The notes beneath the pieces were generated by a model that saw only the letters and a list, made by a program, of their open reading frames with translations, was not told the DNA's origin and did not search any database. Shown here in pieces: positions 46,177-55,185 of a DNA stretch of 64,000 bases. This DNA is from Frankiales bacterium (GTDB taxonomy: Bacteria > Actinomycetota > Actinomycetes > Mycobacteriales > SCTD01), in assembly GCA_025465465.1 (NCBI GenBank), contig JAODND010000045.1, forward strand, positions 14,098-78,097, written 5' to 3'. Position numbers and translations under genes: made by a program. Numbering within the stretch: the stretch's first letter is position 1; every line of letters starts with the position of its first letter.

Positions 46177-48318
46177 TCAGGGGAAGGGGATGCTTGTCGG
46201 AGGCGGACCGAGCGGCTGCCCGCCGTAGACGACCCGGCCGCGGGCGTCCTGGTAGGTCAGCCAGGCGGTCGCGCCCCGCTGCGCGACCCCGGGCTTGGAG
46301 TAGTCGCAGACGCCCTTGGCGAAGACCGTCTTGAGCGATGCCCACTGGGCGTCGGTGAAGACCACGTTGTAGTCGTCGCGGCGCAGCGGCTTGAGCTGGC
46401 ACTGCATGACGTCGTCGGCCAGCGGGCCACCGGCCGCGATCCGGGGTGAGGCATAGGCGGCGACCGTCTCGTCGCAGACCTCGCCGGGTACGGAGACGCC
46501 GGTCCCGTCGGTGCAGCGCTCACCGATGTCGCTCGGCTTGTCGGCGATGATCTTCTTCGCCAGCGGCCTGCCGCTCTGGTCGTGGTCGACCCGGTCCAAC
46601 CACTTGTCGAGGGCGAAGATCGCCTGGTCGACGTAGTCGGCGTCGCCGAGCAGCGGGACCTGCCCGCGCCAGAGGACCTGGTTGGCGGAGGTGCCGAAGT
46701 TGCGCAACAGCCGGGCACGCAGGGCATAGGTGCGGTAGACGTCGTGGAACGCGCCCGGGTCGGGGCCTCGCAGGTCGATGATCGCTACTTTGTCGAGGTT
46801 GTTGGCGCTGTCGACGGCGCCGGTCGAGTAGACCCTCTTGAGCCCGTCGGGGTCACCCGTGAGCCGCTGCTTCGAGATGTTGCCCTGGATGTCGATGCCG
46901 CCGAGGTGGGCGTTCAGGTCGGCGAACTGCGCGGGCGTGATGAGCCCGTTGCGCAGGCCCGCCAACCCGTACTGGATCCCGACATTGCCGAGGCCGCGGT
47001 TCGCGAAGCCGTCACGCCGCTTGCCGAACACGTTGACCATGTAGTCCTGGAGCGTGCACTTCACGCCCTTCGGGTTGGTCTTCGGGTCGTAGACCTTGCC
47101 GGCCGGCACTCCGGTGCACGACCGCGACGGGTCGGAGCTGTTTGGGATCGCCGTCGTGAAGGTGACGGGGTTGGCGACGTTGGGGTGGCCGAGGACCTGG
47201 CTGATGGCGGCCGGGTCCCATGCCGTGCCAGGGGTCCAGCGGGAGGGGTCCTTGAAGTAGCCGAGCAGCATCACGTAGTCGACGTACTGCTGGGCACTGC
47301 TCCACGCGTCCGTGAAGGAGCACTGTGGCGAGATCCCTTGGTACATGCCGGGGTAGGCGTTGGCGACCTGCTGCTGGACGAGCGAGCCACCCGAGCAGCC
47401 GGAGCCGATGGTGTAGCGCAGCGTGCCGTACTGCTCGATGACCCGTTCCTTGGTCATGTAGAGGGCCTCGGCCTGCACCGCGAGGTTGCAGTTGTGCCCC
47501 GCGTTGTCGAGCGCGTGCGACGCGACGACGAAGCCCGCGCCGAGGGCCGCGACGTTGAGGGTGTCGGGCGCCGTGCCCGACTGGTACTCGGTGTCGCAGC
47601 TGGCCCCGTGCGTCAGCACGAGCTTGTGGTTGAACTGCGGCTGCGGCGTGGTGCCGTCCCACTTCTTGCCGGGCTGGAACAGCGCCGAGATCGAGTACTG
47701 GTCACGGTCCATGTAGCCGGTCTCGGTGCGCACGATGAAGGGCACGGTGAGGCCCGTCTGCGTCTTCGTCGTCGCGATCAGGGGGGCCGGGGGCGGGTTC
47801 GACGGGTCGTAGGGCTGCAGCGCGGACTGGTTGCCGACGGCGGTCCCGGGGGTGCCGGCGGTGCCGACTGGCAGGAAGCGGTACGCGTAGGTGGGCTTGG
47901 CGTCACACTGCTTGCCGCGCGTGCCGGCAGCGCAGGCCCACGGCTGGATCTGCGGACCGGCAAACACGGGGCCACCGATGGCGTGGTCGACGAGGGTGAT
48001 GCGGGCACCTCGCCCGCCGTCGATCGTGGCGGTGAGAGTGGTGCTGCCGAGAGGCAGGCCGTTGACCAGACCCCGGACTTGGCCGTCCGACCGCTTCGCG
48101 AACGCCTTCGTGACGTCTCGGGCACCGGCCTTCACCGTCAGCCCGCGCGCCCCCGCCGGCAACGACACGGCGACCAGCGCATCACCGGCCGACACCAGGT
48201 CGGCCCGGCTGGACAGGACGGTGATGACCACGTTGCCGCTGCTCGCGGACGCGGTGGGCAGGAAGGGCACGACCGCGGCACTGGCGGCGGCAAGCACGAG
48301 GGCGAGGACACGACGCAT
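46177..48318 (-). CDS. Secreted DUF6351 family protein (tannase-like alpha/beta hydrolase motif)
   Basis: Signal peptide, LSSRADLVSAGDALV, GGPVFAGPQ, KERVIEQYG..YTIGSGCSGGSL, NVGIQYGL, GVCDYSKPG. Confidence 0.85.
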   Translation of the reverse strand: MRRVLALVLAAASAAVVPFLPTASASSGNVVITVLSSRADLVSAGDALVAVSLPAGARGLTVKAGARDVTKAFAKRSDGQVRGLVNGLPLGSTTLTATIDGGRGARITLVDHAIGGPVFAGPQIQPWACAAGTRGKQCDAKPTYAYRFLPVGTAGTPGTAVGNQSALQPYDPSNPPPAPLIATTKTQTGLTVPFIVRTETGYMDRDQYSISALFQPGKKWDGTTPQPQFNHKLVLTHGASCDTEYQSGTAPDTLNVAALGAGFVVASHALDNAGHNCNLAVQAEALYMTKERVIEQYGTLRYTIGSGCSGGSLVQQQVANAYPGMYQGISPQCSFTDAWSSAQQYVDYVMLLGYFKDPSRWTPGTAWDPAAISQVLGHPNVANPVTFTTAIPNSSDPSRSCTGVPAGKVYDPKTNPKGVKCTLQDYMVNVFGKRRDGFANRGLGNVGIQYGLAGLRNGLITPAQFADLNAHLGGIDIQGNISKQRLTGDPDGLKRVYSTGAVDSANNLDKVAIIDLRGPDPGAFHDVYRTYALRARLLRNFGTSANQVLWRGQVPLLGDADYVDQAIFALDKWLDRVDHDQSGRPLAKKIIADKPSDIGERCTDGTGVSVPGEVCDETVAAYASPRIAAGGPLADDVMQCQLKPLRRDDYNVVFTDAQWASLKTVFAKGVCDYSKPGVAQRGATAWLTYQDARGRVVYGGQPLGPPPTSIPFP

Positions 48319-48380
48319 ACCTGGGCCTTCGACATGCAGGCGCGTGTTCCTGCCACGTTGCACCGTCCCCGTTTCAGCTG

Positions 48381-48459
48381 CTTCCCTGCTGACGTGTGAC
48401 CCTGAGGTTCCGCAGCCACGCTCACGGACGACCTGCGGGGTCGAACACGAGCAGGGAAG
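48381..48459. repeat. 79-bp hairpin element copy 2 (REPIN/MITE-like)
   Basis: Perfect 10-bp terminal inverted repeat CTTCCCTGCT/AGCAGGGAAG, central GCCACGCTCA. Confidence 0.7.
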
Positions 48460-48469
48460 GGGGGCGGGG

Positions 48470-49672
48470 TCAGGTCTTGAGCTGGTAGTCCTTGAGCAGG
48501 CCGCGGCTGATGATCGTCTTCTGGATCTCGCTGGTGCCCTCGCCGATCAGCAGGAACGGCGCCTCGCGCATGAGGCGCTCGATCTCATATTCCTTGGCAT
48601 AGCCATAGCCGCCGTGGATGCGGAACGCCTCCTGCGTGACCTCGGCGCAGTACTCCGACGCGAGCAGCTTGGCCATGCCGGCCTCGACGTCGTTGCGCTT
48701 GCCGGCGTCCTTGAGGCGGGCGGCGTTGACCATCAGTGCGTGCGAGGCCTCGACCTTGGTCGCCATCTCGGCCAGCTTGAACTGGATCGCCTGGTGGCCG
48801 GTGAGGGGCTTGCCGAACGTGTGGCGCTGCTGGGCATAGCTGATGGCGAGCTCGAAGGCGCGGATCGAGATGCCGCAGGCGCGGGCGGCGACGTTGACGC
48901 GGCCGACCTCGACCCCGTCCATCATCTGGTAGAAGCCCTTTCCGCGGCCCGCCTCGCCACCGAGGATCGACGACGCCGGGACGCGGGCTCCCTCAAGGAC
49001 CATCTCGGTGGTCTCGACGCCCTTGTAGCCCATCTTCTCGATCTTGCCGGGGATCGTGACACCGGGCGCGGTCTCGCCGAAGCCGGGCTCCTTCTCGACG
49101 AGGAAGGTCGTCATGTTCTTGTAGACCGACTCGCCGCCCTCGTCGGTGCGCACGAGCGTCGCGACGACGCCGGCGCGGGCGCCGTTGGTGAGCCACATCT
49201 TCTGGCCGTCGAGCACCCACTCGTCACCGTCCTGCACGGCCTTGCTCTTGATGGCGGCCACGTCGGAACCGCAGTGCGGCTCCGACATCGAGAAGGCGCC
49301 GCGGACCTCGCCCGTCGCCATCTTGGGCAGCAGCCGGTCCTTCTGCTCCTGGGTGCCGTGCTGCTTGAGCATGTACGCCACGATGAAGTGCGTGTTGATG
49401 ACGCCGGAGACGCTCATCCAGCCGCGGGCGATCTCCTCCACGACGAGGGCGTAGGTCAGCAGCGACTCGCCGAGGCCGCCGTACTCCTCCGGGATCATGA
49501 GGCCGAACAGCCCCATCTCCTTCATGCCCTCGACGATGGCCTCGGGGAACTCGTCCTTGTGCTCGAGGTCGGTGGCGTAGGGGATGATCTCCTTGTCCAC
49601 GAAGGTCCGGACCGCCGACAGGATCTCGGTCTGGATCTCGGTGAGGCCCTCGGTGTTGGCCAGGCGTCCCAT
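48470..49672 (-). CDS. Acyl-CoA dehydrogenase (methylsuccinyl-CoA dehydrogenase-like)
   Basis: IPEEYGGLG, FSMSEPHCGSD, GQKMWLTNG, RIHGGYGY..EY..ERLMRE, IGEGTSEIQ. Confidence 0.92.
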   Translation of the reverse strand: MGRLANTEGLTEIQTEILSAVRTFVDKEIIPYATDLEHKDEFPEAIVEGMKEMGLFGLMIPEEYGGLGESLLTYALVVEEIARGWMSVSGVINTHFIVAYMLKQHGTQEQKDRLLPKMATGEVRGAFSMSEPHCGSDVAAIKSKAVQDGDEWVLDGQKMWLTNGARAGVVATLVRTDEGGESVYKNMTTFLVEKEPGFGETAPGVTIPGKIEKMGYKGVETTEMVLEGARVPASSILGGEAGRGKGFYQMMDGVEVGRVNVAARACGISIRAFELAISYAQQRHTFGKPLTGHQAIQFKLAEMATKVEASHALMVNAARLKDAGKRNDVEAGMAKLLASEYCAEVTQEAFRIHGGYGYAKEYEIERLMREAPFLLIGEGTSEIQKTIISRGLLKDYQLKT

Positions 49673-49716
49673 CGCACGTGCTCCCTCGTCTGCGTTTCGA
49701 AAGAGTGTCCCACCGG

Positions 49717-50637
49717 CTACTGACCGGTAGCCACCTCGGGCGCGTGAGCCTGATCACCCAGACCGGCGGCCTCGCCGCGCGCGACGGTGCGGGCGGCGAG
49801 CTTGCGGCTCGCCTCGTCGACCATCACGTCGCCGAGCATCGCGACCCCGCGCCCCTCGGCGACCGCGGCGATGACCTCACGAGCACGGTCGAAGGCCTCG
49901 CGGGTGGGGGTGAAGGCCTCATGGGCGACCTCCACCTGTGACGGGTGCAGCACCCAGGTCCCGTCGAAGCCCAGGGCCGCGCTGCGGGTCGCCCGGGCAC
50001 GGAACCCGTCGACGTCGGCCACCCGCTGCCACGGACCGTCGACGGCCAGGACCCCAGCCGCCGTCGCCGCCGCCCTGATGCCCAGCAGCGCGGAGTCGAA
50101 CGCCCCAGGGAAGGGCTCGGCTCCGACGAAAGGGGAGGCGAGCCCGAGGTCCGCGGCGAAGTCGCCAGGGCCGAAGACGAGCGAGACGACACGGTCGCTG
50201 GCACCGGCGATGTCGCTGGCCCACACCAGCCCAGCAGCGGACTCGACCTGCGCCTCGATCCCGATCCTCCCGACGTCGTAGCCCATGGTCTGCTCGATCT
50301 GCGTCAGGAGCAGGTCGAGCCAGACGACGTGGTCCGGCGCCTGCACCTTGGGCAGCACGATCGCGTCGACGTGTCTGCCGGCGCCCTCGACGACCTCGAT
50401 GACGTCGCGGTAGGTGTGCTTCGTCGACAGGTCGTTCACCCGGACCGTGAGCACGCGGTCGCCCCAGCCGCCGGAGGTCAGGGCTTCGACGACGTTGCCG
50501 CGCGCCCGTGACTTGTCGGCAGGAGCCACCGCGTCCTCGAGGTCGAGAAAGACCGCATCGGTGCTGATGCCCTTGGCCTTCTCGAGCTTGTGCGGGTCGC
50601 TGCCGGGGACGGCAAGCACAGAACGCCTGGCACGCAA
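49717..50637 (-). CDS. CitE/HpcH-HpaI family acyl-CoA lyase
   Basis: RRSVLAVPGS, FLDLEDAV, VRVN, LPKV, QVES, FGPGDF, HPSQ. Confidence 0.9.
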   Translation of the reverse strand: MRARRSVLAVPGSDPHKLEKAKGISTDAVFLDLEDAVAPADKSRARGNVVEALTSGGWGDRVLTVRVNDLSTKHTYRDVIEVVEGAGRHVDAIVLPKVQAPDHVVWLDLLLTQIEQTMGYDVGRIGIEAQVESAAGLVWASDIAGASDRVVSLVFGPGDFAADLGLASPFVGAEPFPGAFDSALLGIRAAATAAGVLAVDGPWQRVADVDGFRARATRSAALGFDGTWVLHPSQVEVAHEAFTPTREAFDRAREVIAAVAEGRGVAMLGDVMVDEASRKLAARTVARGEAAGLGDQAHAPEVATGQ

Positions 50638-50646
50638 GGGGATCTC

Positions 50647-51576
50647 CTACTCGACGGGAACGCTGGGTGTCGTGGTCCGGGTGTTGGCGCGGATGACGAG
50701 CGCCAGTCCGGCCACGAGGAGCGCAGCGGACGGGACAGCCAGCCAGGGGACGTGCTGGTTCTTCACGAACAGCGCGGCGATGACGGCGGCGCCGGGGATC
50801 TCGAACAGGATGGAGAGGCTGACGACCGTCGGGCTGGTGGTGCGCAGCACGACGTTGAACAGCGAGTGCCCGAGCAGCTGCGCTCCGGCCGTCAGAGCCA
50901 CCAGCTTGAGCCAGTCGCGACCGTCGTAGCCGGCCAGGCCCTGGCCGCCCACGAGGCAGGACACGAGGAGCAGCAAGGCGGTCGTGGAGTAGCAGACGGC
51001 GGTGTAGCTGGTGGTGGACACCGAACGGCGCACCTCGCTGCCGGCGGTCATGTATGCCGCGGCGAAGATGCCGCCGAGGATGGCGAGACCGTCGCCGAGC
51101 AGCGCGTCGCCCGACACGCGGAGGTCGGCGCCGGTGAGCAGCAGGGCGCCGGCCAGCGACACCGCGATGCCGAGCCAGACCTGGCGTCCGATCCGCTCGC
51201 CTCGCACGGTGCCGATGAGGGCAGACCAGACGGGCTGGGTCGCGACCAGGGCCGTGGCGCTCGCGACCGAGGTGTAGGAGAGCGCGGGGATCCACGTCGC
51301 GAAGTGGAGAGCCAGCATGAGCCCGGCCAGCAGCGCGAGCCCGCGCTCCCGCGCCGTCAACCCGCGCAGCTCGGACCGGTTGCGGACCAGCGCGACCGGC
51401 AGCAGCACCGCCGCACTCATCGCGTTGCGCCAGAACGCGATGGCCAGCGCGGGCACGACGGTGACAGCGATGAGTGGCCCGCTCGTGGACACGGCGAGCA
51501 GGGCGATGACCATCAGCCCGAGGTCGCGGGTCGGTGGCCGCGCGACGCCCTGCTGCGGGAGCGCCGTCACCGTCAT
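50647..51576 (-). CDS. DMT/EamA family transporter
   Basis: About 10 TM; AIAFWR, LALHFATW, TSVASAT, QLLGH, LFEIPGA. Confidence 0.9.
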   Translation of the reverse strand: MTVTALPQQGVARPPTRDLGLMVIALLAVSTSGPLIAVTVVPALAIAFWRNAMSAAVLLPVALVRNRSELRGLTARERGLALLAGLMLALHFATWIPALSYTSVASATALVATQPVWSALIGTVRGERIGRQVWLGIAVSLAGALLLTGADLRVSGDALLGDGLAILGGIFAAAYMTAGSEVRRSVSTTSYTAVCYSTTALLLLVSCLVGGQGLAGYDGRDWLKLVALTAGAQLLGHSLFNVVLRTTSPTVVSLSILFEIPGAAVIAALFVKNQHVPWLAVPSAALLVAGLALVIRANTRTTTPSVPVE

Positions 51577-51589
51577 GGGCTCGATGATG

Positions 51590-52435
51590 TCAGGCGGGCA
51601 CCCTGATCTCGCCACGTGCCACGGGCGCGACGTGACCACTCACCGTCGTGCGGGTCGCCGTCCCGTCGACGACGGTGACCGTGACTCGCAGGACCGACGG
51701 GCGTCCCAGCTCGATGCCCTGCTCGACGACATAGCTGTGCTCCCCGTCGCCCAGCGACGCGGCGAGGAAGACCCCGAGCCCCAGGGCAGCCGAGCCGGTG
51801 GCCGGGTCCTCGACCACCCCGACGCCGCCGGGGAAGACGCGGCTGCGCGCGACCGATCCGTCCCAGCTCACCAGCGCGATCCCCGTGCGCCCCACCGCCG
51901 CCACCCGCGAGACGTCGACCCGGGCCCGCCCCAGCGCTTCGGGTCGTACGAGAAGGAACGCCCAGTCGATGCCGACCCCCGCCCACCGCGGCGGCGGGCC
52001 GGCGAGGTCGTCAGCGCCGAGACCGACCGCCTCGAGCAGCGGCGAGGGGTCGAGCGGTGCGCTCAGCGACGGGGCGCCACCCGTCAGCGTCGCGCCGTCG
52101 GTGCTGACGTCGACGGGCAGCAGACCGGCACCGCACGCCTGGACGTTGGCGCCGGCGTCGATCCGGCCGAGCCGGTGCAGCACCCAGGCCGACCCGACCG
52201 ACGGGTGACCCGCGAACGGCAGCTCGGCGCGTGGCGTGAAGATCCGTAGGCGGTAGGTCGCGCCCGCCGGCGCCTTGAGGGGGAACGCGGTCTCGCTGAG
52301 GTTGAACTCCCGCGCCACGGCCTGCAGCTGCTCCACCGCGAGGTCGTCGGCGTCGAGCACGACAGCGAGTGGGTTGCCGGCGAAAGCACGGTCCGTGAAG
52401 ACATCCACGACCTCGTACGCGAGCGTTCGGCTCAC
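51590..52435 (-). CDS. PhzF family isomerase
   Basis: VVDVFT..AGNPLAVV, NLSETAF, RIFTP..ELPFAGHP, EDPATGSA, QGIELGRPS. Confidence 0.94.
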   Translation of the reverse strand: MSRTLAYEVVDVFTDRAFAGNPLAVVLDADDLAVEQLQAVAREFNLSETAFPLKAPAGATYRLRIFTPRAELPFAGHPSVGSAWVLHRLGRIDAGANVQACGAGLLPVDVSTDGATLTGGAPSLSAPLDPSPLLEAVGLGADDLAGPPPRWAGVGIDWAFLLVRPEALGRARVDVSRVAAVGRTGIALVSWDGSVARSRVFPGGVGVVEDPATGSAALGLGVFLAASLGDGEHSYVVEQGIELGRPSVLRVTVTVVDGTATRTTVSGHVAPVARGEIRVPA

Positions 52436-53202
52436 GGCATCACCATGCCGCCGTCCACGCAGAGCGAGACGCCGGTGATGTACGACGACGCCTCGCTGCC
52501 GAGGAACACGCACGCGTCTCCGACCTCGTAGGGCTCGCCGTAGCGGCCGGCCGGCGTGATGAGCTTGACCAGCTCACCCTCGCGCGCGTCGAGGTCGTCC
52601 GTCATCTCGGTGGGGAAGTAGCCGGGGCAGATCGCGTTGACGCGGATGCCCTTGCGGCCGGTCCACTGCGCCGCGAGGTCGCGGGTGAGGCCGAGCAGCC
52701 CGGCCTTCGAGGCCGCGTAGGCGGCCTGCGGGATGGAGCCCGGACGGAGGCCCAGGACGCTGGAGATGTTGACGATCGAGCCGCCCTCGGTGGCGGCGCG
52801 CCCGAAGGCCTGAGCCATCCAGTACTGGCCGTTGAGGTTGACGTCGATGACGTTGCGGAACTGCTCAGGTGTCTCCCGGGTGGCCGGCACGGCGGTCCCG
52901 ATCCCGGCGTTGTTGATGAGCACGTTCACCTTGCCGAAGGCCTCGACCGCGGCAGCGACCATCGCCGTGCACTGCGCGGGGTCCACGACGTCGGTCTGCA
53001 CGGTCAGGGCCCGTCGGCCGGTCGCCTCGACGAGCCGTTTGGTCTCCTCGAGCTTGTCGACGCGGCGGGCACCGAGGACGACGTCGGCGCCGGCCTCGGC
53101 GAGGCACTGCGCGATGGCGACCCCGAGGCCAGAGGAGGCACCGGTGACAAGAGCCACCTTGCCGGTCAGTGAGAAGCGGTCGAGGACGGTGGTGGAGGGC
53201 AT
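52432..53202 (-). CDS. Short-chain dehydrogenase/reductase
   Basis: TGASSGLG, NNAG, YAASK, RVNAICPG. Confidence 0.94.
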   Translation of the reverse strand: MPSTTVLDRFSLTGKVALVTGASSGLGVAIAQCLAEAGADVVLGARRVDKLEETKRLVEATGRRALTVQTDVVDPAQCTAMVAAAVEAFGKVNVLINNAGIGTAVPATRETPEQFRNVIDVNLNGQYWMAQAFGRAATEGGSIVNISSVLGLRPGSIPQAAYAASKAGLLGLTRDLAAQWTGRKGIRVNAICPGYFPTEMTDDLDAREGELVKLITPAGRYGEPYEVGDACVFLGSEASSYITGVSLCVDGGMVMP

Positions 53203-53258
53203 GTACGGCATCGTGCCGTACCCGGGTTCGGGGCCTCCCCAGCGGTAGCGTTCGTCGC

Positions 53259-54497
53259 GTGAGCAGCGGCCGGGTCTTCGTGGCACGCCTCGCCGGGCTG
53301 CCCGTCTTCGACCCGAACGGCGACCCGGTCGGACGGGCCCGCGACGTCGTCGTTGCGCTCCGGCCAGGTGGCGAGGCGCCGCGCGTGCTGGGGATGGTGC
53401 TCGAGGTGCAGGGCCGGCGCCGCATCTTCGTACCGATGGGTCGTGTGACCTCCGTCGACAGCGATGCGGTCATCCTCTCCACCGGCTCGATCAACATGCG
53501 CCGCTTCGAGCAGCGCGCCGGCGAGACCCTCGTCCTCAGCGAGCTGCTCGACCGGAGCGTGACCGTCAACGAGGACGGCTCCGAGGCAACCGTCGTCGAC
53601 GTCTCCATGGAGCAGACCCGCACCGACTGGCTCGTGACGAAGGTCGCCGTCCGCAAGGGCCGCGGTCGCCGTCGCAGCGAGCTGCTCACCGTCGACTGGG
53701 ACGAGGTCACCGGGCTGGGCGTGCCGGAGCACGAGCAAGGTGCCGCCAACCTGCTCGCCGTGCTCGCGAAGCTCCGCCCCGCGGACCTCGCCGGTGTCCT
53801 GCACGACCTCTCGGACAAGCGACGGGGCGAGATCGCGGCGGCGCTCGACGACGAGCGGCTCGCCGATGTCCTCGAGGAGATGCCCGAGGACGAGCAGGTC
53901 GAGCTGCTGTCCGGCCTCGCCGACGAGCGCGCCGCCGACGTGCTCGAGGCGATGGCGCCCGATGACGCGGCCGACCTGCTCGGCGAGATGCAGCCCGCCG
54001 ATGCCGAGCGGCTGCTGGAGCTGATGGAGCCGGACGAGGCGGAGCCGGTGCGGCAGCTGCTCGCCTACGGCGAGGACACAGCCGGCGGTCTCATGACCAG
54101 CGAGCCCGTCATCCTCGGCCCCGGCGCGACCGTCGCCGAGGCGCTGGCCCGCATCCGGCACGTCGACATCGCTCCCTCACTCGCCGCCCAGGTCTATGTC
54201 GTGCGGCCACCGTTCGAGACCCCCACCGGCCGCTACCTCGGCACCGCGCACTTCCAGCGGCTGCTCCGTGAGCCGCCCTCGACCCTGCTCGGTGCCACGC
54301 TCGAGACCGACATCGACCCGCTGCTGCCGGAGTGCCCGCTGCACGACGTGACCCGGCACCTCGCGACCTACAACCTGGTCGCCGTGCCGATCGTCGACCC
54401 GGACGGGCACCTGCTCGGGGCCGTCACCGTCGACGACGTGCTCGACCACGTGCTGCCCGAGGACTGGCGTGACGGGATGGTGCGCAGCCATGGCTGA
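53259..54497 (+). CDS. MgtE N-terminal/CBS domain protein (no TM domain)
   Basis: PRC-like N-terminus, RPADLA, MAPDDAADLL, TAGGLMT, YNLVAVPIVD, GAVTVDDVLDH. Confidence 0.92.
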   Translation: MSSGRVFVARLAGLPVFDPNGDPVGRARDVVVALRPGGEAPRVLGMVLEVQGRRRIFVPMGRVTSVDSDAVILSTGSINMRRFEQRAGETLVLSELLDRSVTVNEDGSEATVVDVSMEQTRTDWLVTKVAVRKGRGRRRSELLTVDWDEVTGLGVPEHEQGAANLLAVLAKLRPADLAGVLHDLSDKRRGEIAAALDDERLADVLEEMPEDEQVELLSGLADERAADVLEAMAPDDAADLLGEMQPADAERLLELMEPDEAEPVRQLLAYGEDTAGGLMTSEPVILGPGATVAEALARIRHVDIAPSLAAQVYVVRPPFETPTGRYLGTAHFQRLLREPPSTLLGATLETDIDPLLPECPLHDVTRHLATYNLVAVPIVDPDGHLLGAVTVDDVLDHVLPEDWRDGMVRSHG

Positions 54498-55140
54498 GCG
54501 CCACCCCCGTCGGTCGGTCTCGCGGGCCCGGCTCGACCAGCCGGTCGCCCCTCGTGGCGCGATCCCGCGCCCCCACTACGACCCGGAGGCCTTCGGACGG
54601 CTCTCGGAGCGGATCGCGCGGTTCCTCGGGACGAGCCGCTTCCTCGTCTACCTCACCCTGTTCTGCGCGATCTGGATCCTCTGGAACGCCGCGGTGCCAC
54701 CCAAGCTGCAGTTCGACAGCTATGCCAACAAGTTCACGCTGCTCACCCTCATCCTGTCGTTGCAGGCGTCCTACGCCGCGCCGCTCATCCTGCTGGCGCA
54801 GAACCGGCAGACCGACCGCGACCGGGTGGCCATGGAGGAGGACCGCGGGCAGAACCAGCGCCTGCAGGCCGACGTGGAGTACCTCACCCGGGAGCTCGCG
54901 TCTCTGCGGCTCTCGCTCGGTGAGACCGCCACCCGCGACTTCCTGCGCGACCAGCTGCGCGACCTCGCGGAGGAGGTCGTCGCCCGCACGAGCGAGGGCG
55001 TCTTCGACCAGCAGGCTCGCCTGCAGCGCGAGGAGCGGGAGCGCCGCGCCGAGCGCAAGCGCCGCCGCAGCGACAAGGACAAGACCGAGACACCCCAGAA
55101 GCTGTCCGAGCCGTTCGACGGGGAAGCAGACAGCGCCTGA
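54490..55140 (+). CDS. DUF1003 membrane protein
   Basis: FGRLSERIARFLGT, LLTLILSLQASYAAPLILLAQNRQ..RDR. Confidence 0.92.
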   Translation: MAERHPRRSVSRARLDQPVAPRGAIPRPHYDPEAFGRLSERIARFLGTSRFLVYLTLFCAIWILWNAAVPPKLQFDSYANKFTLLTLILSLQASYAAPLILLAQNRQTDRDRVAMEEDRGQNQRLQADVEYLTRELASLRLSLGETATRDFLRDQLRDLAEEVVARTSEGVFDQQARLQREERERRAERKRRRSDKDKTETPQKLSEPFDGEADSA

Positions 55141-55185
55141 GCATCGGTCCTTCACTTCTGGCCCGAACTGGTCGAAGAGGACAGC

